From assembly GCA_964453075.1 (NCBI GenBank), contig CAYVNM010000002.1:4279-68278 (forward strand): a DNA stretch of 64,000 nt, written 5' to 3'. Below the pieces are notes generated by a model, which had not been told where the DNA came from, made no database searches, and saw only the letters and a program-made list of their open reading frames with translations. Both the position numbers and the translations under genes were made by a program. The stretch is from an uncultured Candidatus Saccharibacteria bacterium (GTDB lineage Bacteria; Patescibacteriota; Minisyncoccia; Phycocordibacterales; DATDWN01). Positions 22,197 to 32,417 of the stretch are shown piece after piece; the first letter of the stretch is position 1, and each line of letters begins with the position of its first letter.

Positions 22197-22241
22197 ATCA
22201 ATAATTCCCGAAAAGTATTAGTTTGTAAACTAATTTTTCTC

Positions 22242-22637
22242 GGGGATGCCAGGTTTAGACAAGTAAATTCTTTGACAATGTGCATGGTAGAGCTCTAGAA
22301 TCTCTTTAAACCTCTAGAAAATGTAAATGCAAAAAATACATTTACAAAAGCAGTTCCTTCACCATTTATGGCGAATGGATTTGCTCTCGCTTTCGCTTAA
22401 TCTTTTAGATTAAACCAAAACGGCGGCTATTCTCTGAAGTCTGTTACGGGAAATAGTTGATATATCTTCGGACTAGGAATCGTTTTAGTTTCGAGACGCT
22501 TCTGAACTAAAGAAAACTGGACTTTTATTTATTTTGTAAGCTTAAAGAATAAAAGTTGAGAAAAATAAAACTTACTACACCATGTAGAAACATTATCAAA
22601 ACTTATTTGCACGGGGGTTCAATTCCCCCCTTCTCCA
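22242..22637 (+). ncRNA. ssrA: tmRNA (ssrA).
   Basis: 5' GGGGATGCCAGGTTTAGAC. Tag reading frame GCG AAT GGA TTT GCT CTC GCT TTC GCT TAA (22371-22400) gives ANGFALAFA-stop. 3' tRNA-like T-arm GGGGG-TTCAATT-CCCCC plus acceptor CTTCTCC-A. G3:U wobble as in tRNA-Ala. Followed by a long hairpin terminator (22629-22684). Adjacent to smpB. Confidence 0.85.
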
Positions 22638-22920
22638 CAATAACGAGCCACCCGCAAGGGTGGTTTTCGTTATTGTGGAGAAGGAGCAAACCAGACGGTT
22701 CTGGTTTGCGTGGGGATTTGAAAACCTTTGATAGTTTTTTGTGAGTTTGCGAAACAAAAAACAGAAAAGTTATACTGAAACTGTAAGTTTCGATTCCCCC
22801 TATAATAGATATTTTGTGAGCGGCAACGAACAAAATATTCCTGACCTAATCCACCCTTCTCCACAACTATTGACATTAATTAATTGGTGTGATATCTTGT
22901 GTAAAGGAGGGAGATTTGCG

Positions 22921-23109
22921 ATGACCGAACTGGAAATGAGCCTCGGGAACATCAAGACTGCTGTCGACGCTCAGGCAAAGCTCTTGGAAGCTGCGTTGGC
23001 ACTTGCCGAGGGAAGTGTGGATAAACACAATTCTCTCCTGCTTGAAGCGAAGAACATTTTCGATGCACGCATCGCCGAGCTCAAGAAGGAACTCGAGCAG
23101 ATGGAGTAG
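22921..23109 (+). CDS. Small coiled-coil protein of atypical GC-rich composition (gene E).
   Basis: MTELEMSLGNIKTAVDAQAKLLEAALALAEG...ELKKELEQME. Promoter TTGACA-17-TATCTT (22868-22896), SD AAGGAGG, and terminator agaccgc...gcggtct after the stop. Confidence 0.5.
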   Translation: MTELEMSLGNIKTAVDAQAKLLEAALALAEGSVDKHNSLLLEAKNIFDARIAELKKELEQME

Positions 23110-23275
23110 CCACACCCACCAACAGACCGCATGGTTCGCCCAGCGGTCTTCGTCTTTATATAAATTTAAATAATTTAAAAAAATAAAATATATTCCCCTG
23201 TATACCACCCCCCTCCATTGACTAACCTCCCAAAGAGAATATAAATATATACAGACAACAACCCAGGAGGGCTTT

Positions 23276-23443
23276 GTGGAACAGCAACAAGCGTTCACCG
23301 AGAAGCCTCTCCAGCGTTTTTTAATGGATGTGGCTTTTGGACTTTGTATCTGTTTGTTTGTTTTCCTTTTTCATCTTGTAGAAGTCAAGAAACTTGAGAT
23401 GAAAAAGGTAAACGATGCTTCGATGACCACGCCCACCCCCTAA
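23276..23443 (+). CDS. Small hydrophobic peptide (gene L, about 55 aa, GTG start), atypical composition.
   Basis: cAGGAGGgctttGTG start context. Promoter TTGACT-16-TATAAA (23218-23245). Product ...MDVAFGLCICLFVFLFHLVEVKKLEMKK.... Terminator cccgccacgtcccccacggacctggcggg-ttt. Confidence 0.35.
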   Translation: MEQQQAFTEKPLQRFLMDVAFGLCICLFVFLFHLVEVKKLEMKKVNDASMTTPTP

Positions 23444-23745
23444 CCCGCCACGTCCCCCACGGACCTGGCGGGTTTACCATTGTTATTCTATTTTAAAACA
23501 AAAGCGCCTGTAGGGGCACTTTTGTTTTGAACCTAAAACCAAGTATATTTTTTAAAACAAGGAGAAATTTTTTACAATAAATGCCATTGTAATAATGTTG
23601 GTGATCAATGTCGCCCATAGAATTAAGTAAGCTGACATTGGTAATTTTATTTTTTGTGGATTCATTGTTTTTAGTATTATTTTTAGTAAAGCCCTACGCA
23701 AAACCTTATTATAGAATTAATTTGTTTATTAAACAACACCAGATG

Positions 23746-24321
23746 TTAATTAAATTTAACATAAGTTGGTTTAGCCAACATACTTCCGACTTTTGACCAA
23801 GCGTGACAATCATAACTAACACTGTTTGAATTAGTACCCAAAACTCTACCGCTTGTTATATCCTCTGGAATAACTTCTGGTAATTCTGAGATAGATTTTG
23901 GCTCTGTCCTTATACCCGTAGACATTCCTTCTGTCCAAACATACAAATACCTACCATCATAAACCATCATGGTTAATGTAGATTTACCAGTAGAATATCT
24001 CGTCCTGAACTCTGCCCTCAATTTGTTATCAGCTAGATATATAGAGTTTGTACTAGTTTGAGTTTGACTTACTTGCTCATACTTACATTCGTAACTTCCT
24101 TTTATGGATAAAATACTTTTTAGTGTAACTGGCTTTGTTGTAGTATTTTTTGTGGTAACAGAAGAAGTGCTATTTTTTACTTCTTCAGTACTGGTTCCTA
24201 CCACAACCCGATCATCATTTAGACCAGATTCATTTATTGTGCTTTTTGGAGAACGCACAAACCAAACGACCAACAAAATCAAAACCACACCCAAAATTGA
24301 TAATATCTTTTTGTATTGCAT
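23746..24321 (-). CDS. Membrane-anchored hypothetical protein.
   Basis: N-terminal signal anchor ILSILGVVLILLVVWFV and a Ser/Thr-rich linker. Confidence 0.4.
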   Translation of the reverse strand: MQYKKILSILGVVLILLVVWFVRSPKSTINESGLNDDRVVVGTSTEEVKNSTSSVTTKNTTTKPVTLKSILSIKGSYECKYEQVSQTQTSTNSIYLADNKLRAEFRTRYSTGKSTLTMMVYDGRYLYVWTEGMSTGIRTEPKSISELPEVIPEDITSGRVLGTNSNSVSYDCHAWSKVGSMLAKPTYVKFN

Positions 24322-24420
24322 ATAATTTATTAAATAATAATTCCTCTATAATTTTACCATGAAAATGGCCCCTCGTAACACAACATAGAGCAGTTCTAAT
24401 GCTTGTGTTATAATCACGGT

Positions 24421-25053
24421 ATGAAAAAATTTGTTTTATTCATAATAATCGTAGCATTACTGACTGGATATTTTTTTGTCTTCAAAGATAAGAATTCAAC
24501 AAAAAAAGATACTAATATTGAATCGTATAGAAACTACGGACTAGGCATATCGTTTGATTATCCAAAAGTATTAGACGTCAGTACTTCTGATGGAATCATA
24601 GTATTACATCACGATATTCCATTCGAAAATACAGGTGCCTGTGACATGATGGGAGAAGAAAAAACATACCCGAGATTAACAGACTTTAGAGTTACTATTC
24701 AAAAAACAAACAAAGGGCTCGTAGAGACCATGAAAGCAATGAGCCCATACATACCTCAAGAAAATTTTGTAGATAACCAAGTTGTAGAATCACCAGGATT
24801 TATTGATAAATTCTCAGTCGGCACCCTAAAAGGTTACGCTATATATGAAGGTGCTGAGGGCTGTGGGCAAACCACATACTACTTCCCAATAAAAGACGAT
24901 CAGACTCTCATAATCGGTAAGGCTTCTATACAAATACTTTCTGGTATATTTTCAGACAACAGAGAAAAGGAGGTTCTAGCCGTTCCAGGTGTTATTTCAA
25001 GAGAAGAATCAAACCAAATATTCCTATCAATACTACAAACACTAAAAATATAA
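24421..25053 (+). CDS. Secreted or membrane-anchored hypothetical protein.
   Basis: MKKFVLFIIIVALLTGYFFVF signal-like N-terminus. Confidence 0.4.
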   Translation: MKKFVLFIIIVALLTGYFFVFKDKNSTKKDTNIESYRNYGLGISFDYPKVLDVSTSDGIIVLHHDIPFENTGACDMMGEEKTYPRLTDFRVTIQKTNKGLVETMKAMSPYIPQENFVDNQVVESPGFIDKFSVGTLKGYAIYEGAEGCGQTTYYFPIKDDQTLIIGKASIQILSGIFSDNREKEVLAVPGVISREESNQIFLSILQTLKI

Positions 25054-25265
25054 ATATTGTGTAATCGTTCAAAACGTGCTATATTTATGTTGTATTTATT
25101 GAATTTTATTACCAAATTAATAACAAAATTTCAGATTTGAACCAAGGTCAAGGCGAAAGCTTTGAGAAAATCCGAGGTGTACTAAATGTACAGCGAGGAG
25201 TTTCGAGAAGTTTTCAACGCAGAGATTGGTCAAATATGGAATTTCCGAACAAATTGTCACTATAT

Positions 25266-25763
25266 ATTAGGATAAATAATCAGATCAGTGCACCAGAACT
25301 TCGTGTAATTATGGAAGACGGTTCAAACCTGGGAGTTATATCCACAAAAGAGGCTTTGGACAAAGCACGAGAAGCCGGACTTGATCTAATTGAAATATCA
25401 CCAAAAGCCAATCCGCCAGTTGCAAAAATCATGGATTATGGTAAATTTCAGTATGCTGAAAACAAGAAGCTAAAGGTGGCAAAAACCAAGGCCCATACCG
25501 TAGAAATCAAGAATATACAGGTAAAAGTAGGCACGGGAGACCATGATTTGGAGCTTAAAGCAAAAAAAGCCTCTGGATGGTTAAAGGAAGGAAATCGCAT
25601 AAAAATAGACCTTTTTCTACCAGGAAGAACAAAATACATGGACATTAAGTTCCTCAAGGAGCGCATGGACAGAGTTTTGAAACTAATCACCGAGGAATAC
25701 AAAGTTGCCGATGAGGCCAAAAAGTCTCCAAAGGGGTTAAGTATAATAATAGAAAAAGCATAA
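25266..25763 (+). CDS. infC: Translation initiation factor IF-3, probably with a non-AUG (AUU) start.
   Basis: ...INNQISAPELRVIMEDGSNLGVISTKEALDKAREAGLDLIEISPKANPPVAKIMDYGKFQYAENKK is the IF-3 signature. The in-frame ATT at 25266 matches the known AUU autoregulatory start. The upstream ATG at 25137 would add a non-homologous extension. Confidence 0.75.
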   Translation: MRINNQISAPELRVIMEDGSNLGVISTKEALDKAREAGLDLIEISPKANPPVAKIMDYGKFQYAENKKLKVAKTKAHTVEIKNIQVKVGTGDHDLELKAKKASGWLKEGNRIKIDLFLPGRTKYMDIKFLKERMDRVLKLITEEYKVADEAKKSPKGLSIIIEKA

Positions 25764-25777
25764 ACACAAAATTTATC

Positions 25778-25963
25778 ATGAGCACAAAAACAAACAAGTC
25801 ATTCTCAAAAAGATTGAAAGTAAGCAAAAACGGTAAAATTACCGCACGAAAAAGTGGTCAAAACCATTTCAATGTAAAAGAAAGCCGTAGATCACAGTTA
25901 GCCAAAAAGAAAGGTGTTTCCTTTACTATCAGCAATAAGGACCGTGCCCATTATATAAAATAA
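25778..25963 (+). CDS. rpmI: Ribosomal protein bL35.
   Basis: 61-aa basic protein in the infC-rpmI-rplT context. Confidence 0.8.
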   Translation: MSTKTNKSFSKRLKVSKNGKITARKSGQNHFNVKESRRSQLAKKKGVSFTISNKDRAHYIK

Positions 25964-25996
25964 AAAAATTAGTAAGATAATTATAAAACAACCAAC

Positions 25997-26374
25997 ATGA
26001 CAAGAGTAAAAGGTGGTGTTAACGCACTAAAATCAAGAAAGAATATCCTCCGAAAAGTAAAAGGATACAGACACGGCAGAGGAACAAAAGAAAGACAAGC
26101 TACAGAAGCCATCTTTCACGCTGGTACATATGCTTTTGCACACAGAAGAGACAAGAAAACAGATGCTAGACAACTATGGAATGTTAAGATTTCTTACGCC
26201 TCAAAAGAACTTGGTACCTCATATAGCAAATTAATGGGTAGCCTAAAAAAGAAAGGCGTACTATTAGACAGAAAAATACTAGCTACTTTGGCAAAAGAGA
26301 GTCCAGAGACATTCAAAAAAGTGGCTGAGTTTGCCAAATCATCCCCTGCTCCCAAAGCAACAATAACTAAATAA
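25997..26374 (+). CDS. rplT: Ribosomal protein bL20.
   Basis: MTRVKGGVNALKSRKNILRKVKGYRHGRG...LWNVKISYASKELGTSYSKLMGSLKK. Confidence 0.85.
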   Translation: MTRVKGGVNALKSRKNILRKVKGYRHGRGTKERQATEAIFHAGTYAFAHRRDKKTDARQLWNVKISYASKELGTSYSKLMGSLKKKGVLLDRKILATLAKESPETFKKVAEFAKSSPAPKATITK

Positions 26375-26376
26375 AC

Positions 26377-26403
26377 AAAAAACCGGCCAAAAGCCGGTTT
26401 TTT
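26377..26403. terminator. Bidirectional intrinsic terminator between convergent rplT and the MBL nuclease.
   Basis: aaaaaaccggcc-aaaa-gccggtttttt. Confidence 0.7.
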
Positions 26404-26416
26404 GTTCTTTTTTAAC

Positions 26417-27787
26417 TCATAAGTTATACCTCTTACCTCTCTCTGGATACACAGCGTCTACCTCCAACTCTTCTCGCAACCTCTGGACTAGATAGGTGGA
26501 TGCTTTCGGCTCACCCATTACCACAAAAACTTTTTTCACTGTCTTAGCAGTATTAGAAACCATATCTACTATTCCATCAGAATCTTTGTGAGAAGAGTAC
26601 CCAGATATCATTTCAACTCGTGCTTTTATTGGTACTTGTCTGCCGTTTATTTCTACATATTTTGGTCTTTCTTGTATCTGCCGGCCCAAAGTTCCTATAG
26701 CCTGATAACCCATAAGAAGAATTGTGCTTTTTGGGTCTGGCAAGAAATTCATCTCATGCCACATTACCCTACCACCAGTAGACATACCCGACCCAGCTAT
26801 AATAATCTTTGGATTTGCTGTGTTTACTATGGATTGTGAGTCGCGAGAACCATGAGTGATATTAAGTTTTGGAAATTCAAAAATATTATCCCCACTTTTT
26901 ATTTCTTTTTGCACCTCTGCATTAAAATCTTTTTTGGAACGAGCATACACTTCTGTAACTTTTTGACCCAAGGGGGAATCCAGAAAAACAGGCACAGAAG
27001 GAATGAATCCTCCTTCTACTAGATTATTTAATTCATACAAAACCACCTGGGTTCTTTCTATAGAAAAAGCCGGGATCACAACCGCCCCATTGTTTTTTAT
27101 TGTCTCGGTAATCACCTTGCGAAATCTAGCATCTCTCTCATCTTTTGGTTCATGATTGCGGTCACCATAAACACTGTCTACGATCAAGTAATCTGCATCA
27201 GTAATTTCTTCCGTGTCTTTGAGAAGAGGTGCGGGTGAATTACCAGAATCACCCGTAAAAACTATTTTTTTACCATCAAAACTAAATTCATAGATAGCAG
27301 AACCTAGTATATGCCCCGCATCCTTAAGATACACAGAAAAATCTTTGTTAATCTCTATATTCTTGTGATAAGCAACAGTTTCCCACAACGAAAAAGCTTT
27401 ATTAAAATCATCTATATCATACAAAGGAATCTCTCGAACCCCTTCAATATCTACCTTCTCTTTCATATCCATAACCTTCAGAGCATCCATGAGCATCAAG
27501 TGAGCCAATTCTTTGGTTTCTTTCGTAGAATAAATCACTCCTTCAAATCCGTCCTTGACCAGCTTACACACCCTACCTATATGATCCATGTGTGCATGAG
27601 TAACAAACAAATAATTTACTGATTTAACATCATAATCAAACGGTTTGTTATTTTCTTCATAAGAACCTTGCACACCTTGGATCAATCCACAATCTATTAA
27701 TATTTTTGTTTGGTTTCCTTCTAATAGGAAATTGGCGCCTGTGACCGTCCCTACTCCTCCATAAAATGTGACTTGTAATTTATTCAT
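26417..27787 (-). CDS. MBL-fold beta-CASP ribonuclease (RNase J-like).
   Basis: FVTHAHMDHIG (HxHxDH) motif. 456 aa with a beta-CASP-like C-terminal half. Confidence 0.65.
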   Translation of the reverse strand: MNKLQVTFYGGVGTVTGANFLLEGNQTKILIDCGLIQGVQGSYEENNKPFDYDVKSVNYLFVTHAHMDHIGRVCKLVKDGFEGVIYSTKETKELAHLMLMDALKVMDMKEKVDIEGVREIPLYDIDDFNKAFSLWETVAYHKNIEINKDFSVYLKDAGHILGSAIYEFSFDGKKIVFTGDSGNSPAPLLKDTEEITDADYLIVDSVYGDRNHEPKDERDARFRKVITETIKNNGAVVIPAFSIERTQVVLYELNNLVEGGFIPSVPVFLDSPLGQKVTEVYARSKKDFNAEVQKEIKSGDNIFEFPKLNITHGSRDSQSIVNTANPKIIIAGSGMSTGGRVMWHEMNFLPDPKSTILLMGYQAIGTLGRQIQERPKYVEINGRQVPIKARVEMISGYSSHKDSDGIVDMVSNTAKTVKKVFVVMGEPKASTYLVQRLREELEVDAVYPERGKRYNL

Positions 27788-27922
27788 TGTAATTTTTATA
27801 TGCCCACTCCTTACAGGAGCAGTACACCTTTTGGATTTTTTAATTCACTTCGTTCTTAAAAAATCTCAAGAAGGTCTTGCAGTTGGGTCCCGTCCCAACC
27901 TCACCGCTCAAAAATGTGATGC

Positions 27923-28324
27923 TTAATCTTTTTTCCATATTTTTATTCCGTACAAAGAACCAACTAATCCACCAATCAAATCCAAGATTAAGTCAGACGA
28001 GGTGTCGGTAACATAGGCCATGCCATCAGAAAAAGAAGTGGTCCCGACACTTAGTTCAAGAAATTCCCACAACAATCCTACAACTAAAGTACTAAACAAA
28101 ACCCGAATAACAACTTTCTTATTCGTCCACGTAGAAAAATCTATTGTTTTTTTTATAATAACCAAAGAAAACATCCCAACAATAACCCCTCCCAGAAAAT
28201 GAAGAAGCATATCATACCACCAATAAAACCAGTCTAAATAAAATTTAACACTAGCAAAAAACAAAACAGCAAGAATAAATAACAATATTGAGGCTGTTTT
28301 AAATAAAGTTGTTTTTGTCATCAC
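27923..28324 (-). CDS. Polytopic membrane protein, hypothetical.
   Basis: 4 predicted TM helices. Confidence 0.4.
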   Translation of the reverse strand: MMTKTTLFKTASILLFILAVLFFASVKFYLDWFYWWYDMLLHFLGGVIVGMFSLVIIKKTIDFSTWTNKKVVIRVLFSTLVVGLLWEFLELSVGTTSFSDGMAYVTDTSSDLILDLIGGLVGSLYGIKIWKKD

Positions 28325-28595
28325 TTTCTAATTGTATCAAAAATAAAATTAAAATACCCACGAAAATCGTGAGTGTTTTAATAGGGTTACAGTGATACTC
28401 CCCTACAAAAAAAGTAGGTGGGTGCTCTCACTCATACTCGTCAGAACAAAAAATAAATTTCATGCTCATCGTGGTATAAAAATATTGAACTCCCTTAAAA
28501 ATTCTTAGGTAGAAAGTATCAAAGCAACCCTGTGTTAATTATACTCTCCCGAAAAACCATGCCAACTTGTAACCGAGCAACAAATAGTGTGTAAA

Positions 28596-29198
28596 TTACT
28601 CTAAAATACCGTCCAGATTCACATCATACATTATTTGTTCTTGAACCAATCTATAATCTGACAATTCGTCTTTTTTGAACCAGTGATTTATTTCCATTTC
28701 AGCTTCTTTTGGTGAACCTGATGCATGAATAAGATTTCTTACAGCTCTACCATCAGTATCCGCCATAATGTAAGAATCCAAAACATAATCACCTCTTATT
28801 GTTCCAACATCGGACGATCTTGGCTCTGTTCCACCAGTAATCTTTCTAACAATCTCAACAACATGTGCACCTTCCCAAACCATAGCCACAACAGGACCAG
28901 AAGTCATATATTTCTTTAATTTCTCTAGTATTACTGCAGTTATTTCAAAAGGATCTTCTGTTGGTAAAACCTCCCCCTTCTCCTTGGCTGCTTTCACTCT
29001 TTTCTCCCCTGTAATTCTGCGCCAATCTGGATCTAGAGTGTAGTGTTTTTCTATATGTTCCTCTGTAGGCACACACATCTTTACACCAACAAGCTTCAGC
29101 CCAGTTCTCTCAAACCTTCCTATAATTTCACCTACAAGAGTTCTCTGTACTCCGTCTGGCTTGACAACAACAAGAGTTCTTTCTTTTTTTGGATGCAT
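28596..29198 (-). CDS. ndk: Nucleoside diphosphate kinase (with insertions).
   Basis: ERTLVVVKPDGVQRTLVGEIIGRFERTGLKLVGVKM is the NDK N-terminal signature. Start at MHPKKERTL. Confidence 0.75.
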   Translation of the reverse strand: MHPKKERTLVVVKPDGVQRTLVGEIIGRFERTGLKLVGVKMCVPTEEHIEKHYTLDPDWRRITGEKRVKAAKEKGEVLPTEDPFEITAVILEKLKKYMTSGPVVAMVWEGAHVVEIVRKITGGTEPRSSDVGTIRGDYVLDSYIMADTDGRAVRNLIHASGSPKEAEMEINHWFKKDELSDYRLVQEQIMYDVNLDGILE

Positions 29199-29243
29199 AA
29201 AAATAAATTTTATAAAATAATGCCTTAAGGATATCAAAAAATA

Positions 29244-30011
29244 CTACTTAGTCAAAATAATTGGGTCACCATCTGTTATTGCTATGGTGTGTTCAAAATG
29301 AGCAGCATTTGAACCGTCTGAAGTTTTATAAGTATAACCATCACTACTTAAAACTATCCTATCAGAACCAAGTGTGAGCATGGGTTCTATGGCAATAACC
29401 ATGCCGGGCACGAGTTTTTCTCCGGCACCCTTTCTACCTTCGTTTGGTACAAAAGGGTCTTCATGGACCTTGTAGCCTACCCCATGGCCTGCCAGCCCCT
29501 GACAAATACCATATCCCAAAGGTCTTGCGAAAGATTCTATGGCAAAACCTATATCACCCACGTGGTTACCTCCCTTTGCCACTTTTATTCCTAGAAACAA
29601 GGCCTCCTTACAATGTTCTATTAGTTTCTTGTCTTCTGGCTTGAGTTTTCCAACACCAATCGTAATTGCACTATCGGTGATAAGTTTATCGTGAATTATT
29701 CCAAGATCCAGTGAGACAACATCTCCCTCCTGCAAAATGTGTGGTTTCTCATTTGGAATACCGTGAACTATTTCATTATTTACAGAAACACAAAGAGCTG
29801 CAGGATATGCTCTTTTGGCACCCCTCGGTGTGTAATTTAAAAAAGCCGCCCTATCTCCACCTTCTTCTATAAGTTTTCTTGCCAAATCTTCTAAATCCTG
29901 TGTTGAAACACCCGCTACAACTATCTTTGCCAATTCAGCCAATATAAAAGCATGACGTATCCCGCCCTCTCGTAGTGTTTCTATTTCTTTTTGAGTCTTT
30001 ATATTTACCAT
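29244..30011 (-). CDS. map: Methionine aminopeptidase type I.
   Basis: Pita-bread fold metal ligands (D..D..H..E..E context). 255 aa. Confidence 0.85.
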   Translation of the reverse strand: MVNIKTQKEIETLREGGIRHAFILAELAKIVVAGVSTQDLEDLARKLIEEGGDRAAFLNYTPRGAKRAYPAALCVSVNNEIVHGIPNEKPHILQEGDVVSLDLGIIHDKLITDSAITIGVGKLKPEDKKLIEHCKEALFLGIKVAKGGNHVGDIGFAIESFARPLGYGICQGLAGHGVGYKVHEDPFVPNEGRKGAGEKLVPGMVIAIEPMLTLGSDRIVLSSDGYTYKTSDGSNAAHFEHTIAITDGDPIILTK

Positions 30012-30020
30012 CCAGCTAAA

Positions 30021-30626
30021 TTACATCCCTATCTTAGTCATTAATTCTTTATTAACTTCCACGATAGATTGTTCACCATTTACTGTAATAAAATTATAAA
30101 ATTCATTATCTTTAAAATACTCCATAGCGGGAATAACATTTTTTTCAAACCAATCCAATCTTTTTTCTATTTGATCGATCTTATCATCCCCCCTATCTCG
30201 CTCGAGCAATCTCTCTCTAGCCCAATCTCTAGAAACCTGTATGTATATAACAAATGGTTTCTCTCTTTTATAAAACTTCATTGCAGAGTTTAGTATTGGA
30301 GCCTCGTGTGCACGCCGAGACAAGCCGTCCAAAATCATGTGTTCATCTCCAGAAACATGTTTGACAAAGTATTCAGACCAAATCCAAATAGGCAGAAACT
30401 CTGGAAGCAACCCGCCCTTTTCTATAATTTCATTTGTTTGAGTTGCGGTAAAAGAAGCTTCCGTAATAAATTCTCTGAATCTTTGACCTGTTTCAATATA
30501 CAAAGTCTTTTTCTCAGGATCTACTTTCTTTAGATAATCAATTAAAATTTTTGCTTGGGTCCCCTTTCCTGCGCCAGATGGACCAAAGAATATAAATGTT
30601 TTTGGAGTCATGACTCTATTATACAA
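30021..30626 (-). CDS. adk: Adenylate kinase (short, no zinc lid).
   Basis: P-loop FFGPSGAGKGTQA. Confidence 0.8.
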   Translation of the reverse strand: MYNRVMTPKTFIFFGPSGAGKGTQAKILIDYLKKVDPEKKTLYIETGQRFREFITEASFTATQTNEIIEKGGLLPEFLPIWIWSEYFVKHVSGDEHMILDGLSRRAHEAPILNSAMKFYKREKPFVIYIQVSRDWARERLLERDRGDDKIDQIEKRLDWFEKNVIPAMEYFKDNEFYNFITVNGEQSIVEVNKELMTKIGM

Positions 30627-30683
30627 TAAAATTCAGACTACTTAAATCTTGCTGGAACGATGAGTTCGCCAGATTTAGAAATT

Positions 30684-31955
30684 CTAGTACTCGCGAATAG
30701 ATACCTGAGCATCTATCTTCTTAATCAGATCGATAACCACAGAGACCACGATAAGTAGAGATGTTCCTCCGATAGAAACAGCTGTTATGCCCGTTGCACC
30801 CTTCATTATAAGAGGAAGAACTGCTATAACCCCCAGAAACAAAGCTCCAACCAGTGTTAGGCGAGTTAATATTCTGGATATGTGATCAGATGTAGATTTT
30901 CCTGGTCTCACACCTGGTATAAAAGCTCCATTTTTTTGAAGATTTTCTGATATTTGATCCGGATCAAAAGTAACTGCTGTATAGAAGTATGTAAACACAA
31001 AAACCAAAAAGAAATAAGCAATAGCGTAAAACCAACTATTAGCAAGAATGTTTAGTATAAAACCAGACACTGATTGGACTGTTAAATTACTTGCACCTTG
31101 CAAAAATCTCAAGATCATTTGAGGGAACAAAAGAATAGACAAGGCAAATATTATAGGAATAACTCCAGCTTGGTTGATTCTTAATGGTAAATAGGTAGAT
31201 GTTCCACCATATACCTTATTTCCCCTAACCTGCTTTGCATAAGTAACAGGTATTGGTCTTTCTGCTTCTGTAATAATAACAACGCCAACTATAACAACAG
31301 CCGCAATAGCTATGAAAGCTAGATAAATAGGCAATTGAGATATCTCAAAGGTAAACACCAATTGACCCAATGTTACTGGTAGATTAGCTACTATACCTGC
31401 GAATATTATTAGCGATACTCCATTTCCTATACCGTACTCTGATATAAGCTCACCTATCCACATGAGAAGCACAGAACCTGCTGTAATAACTATTAAGTTA
31501 GTAACCATTTCAAGTGATGTAAGTTTTTCCAAAACTTGCTGGTTTTCCAAAAGCTTTATAAAGCTAAAGGCCTGAATTATAGAAAGTGGAATAGAAAGCA
31601 TTCTACTGTATTGAGCAAATTTTCTTTTTCCAGCCTGACCTTCCTCTTGGTACATCTCTTTCAATCTTGAGGACATAATGGTCATAAGCTGCATAATAAT
31701 AGAAGCAGTAATATAAGGACCAACTCCGAGCATCACAATGGAGAGTTGAGACAAACCTCCACCTGAAAATAGATTGAGCAATCCAAAAAATTCATTACCA
31801 GAAAAGAAAGCAGCTAATTTAGCAGTATCAACTCCTCCTATTGGGACAGAAGCGAGTACACGAAACAGCACCAAAGCAAAAAGAGTAAAGAATATTCTTT
31901 TTCTTAAAACACTGTCCTGAAAAATTAAAACGAATTTATTAAGAAAATTTTTCAT
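30684..31955 (-). CDS. secY: Preprotein translocase SecY.
   Basis: 423 aa with 10 TM helices. Position after rplO. Confidence 0.9.
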   Translation of the reverse strand: MKNFLNKFVLIFQDSVLRKRIFFTLFALVLFRVLASVPIGGVDTAKLAAFFSGNEFFGLLNLFSGGGLSQLSIVMLGVGPYITASIIMQLMTIMSSRLKEMYQEEGQAGKRKFAQYSRMLSIPLSIIQAFSFIKLLENQQVLEKLTSLEMVTNLIVITAGSVLLMWIGELISEYGIGNGVSLIIFAGIVANLPVTLGQLVFTFEISQLPIYLAFIAIAAVVIVGVVIITEAERPIPVTYAKQVRGNKVYGGTSTYLPLRINQAGVIPIIFALSILLFPQMILRFLQGASNLTVQSVSGFILNILANSWFYAIAYFFLVFVFTYFYTAVTFDPDQISENLQKNGAFIPGVRPGKSTSDHISRILTRLTLVGALFLGVIAVLPLIMKGATGITAVSIGGTSLLIVVSVVIDLIKKIDAQVSIREY

Positions 31956-31972
31956 GTATTTATTCTACCACC

Positions 31973-32416
31973 TTAAACCAAACACTTTCCACCAGCCTTT
32001 TCTATAGCTGCTTTAGCAGAAACAGATACCAAACAATTCTTGATTGTTAGACTTTTATCTAATGTGCCTGTGCCCAAAAGCTTAACTCTCGGTGCATCAC
32101 CTGACATTTTTTTGACCAAGCCTGCTTTAACCAAAGCACTAGGAGAAACTACATCACCGTTTTTGAAAACTTTATTCAAGTCACCAAGATTGACCACTGA
32201 GGCCTTTAATTCAATACTTGTGTTTATGTTTTTACCACGACCGCGTAATTTTGGAACTCTTTTTATAAAATCTCTAATCTCTGGTCGTTTCTTGTGACCC
32301 GCTCTGGCATTTTGTCCTTTTGTACCTCGCCCTGCTGTTTTACCACGAGTACCACCACGTCCTATTTGGCGTGTTTTTTTGTTTGGGTGTGTTCTTTTTA
32401 GTTCGTGTGTTTGCAT
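31973..32416 (-). CDS. rplO: Ribosomal protein uL15.
   Basis: GRGGTRGKTAGRGTKGQ motif. Confidence 0.85.
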   Translation of the reverse strand: MQTHELKRTHPNKKTRQIGRGGTRGKTAGRGTKGQNARAGHKKRPEIRDFIKRVPKLRGRGKNINTSIELKASVVNLGDLNKVFKNGDVVSPSALVKAGLVKKMSGDAPRVKLLGTGTLDKSLTIKNCLVSVSAKAAIEKAGGKCLV

Positions 32417-32417
32417 G

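Noticed and set aside
21962-22285. Minus ORF antisense to smpB and the tmRNA 5' end.
   Set aside because: Shadow ORF of a well-supported gene.
22556-22876. ORFs 22556-22744(+), 22603-22833(-) and 22670-22876(-).
   Set aside because: They overlap the tmRNA 3' domain, its terminator and the att-like remnants. No SD and the composition is mixed.
28325-28595. 270-bp non-coding gap between ndk and a membrane protein, with small hairpins.
   Set aside because: No promoter-terminator pairing or compositional signal comparable to the other ncRNA candidate. Probably just an intergenic region.
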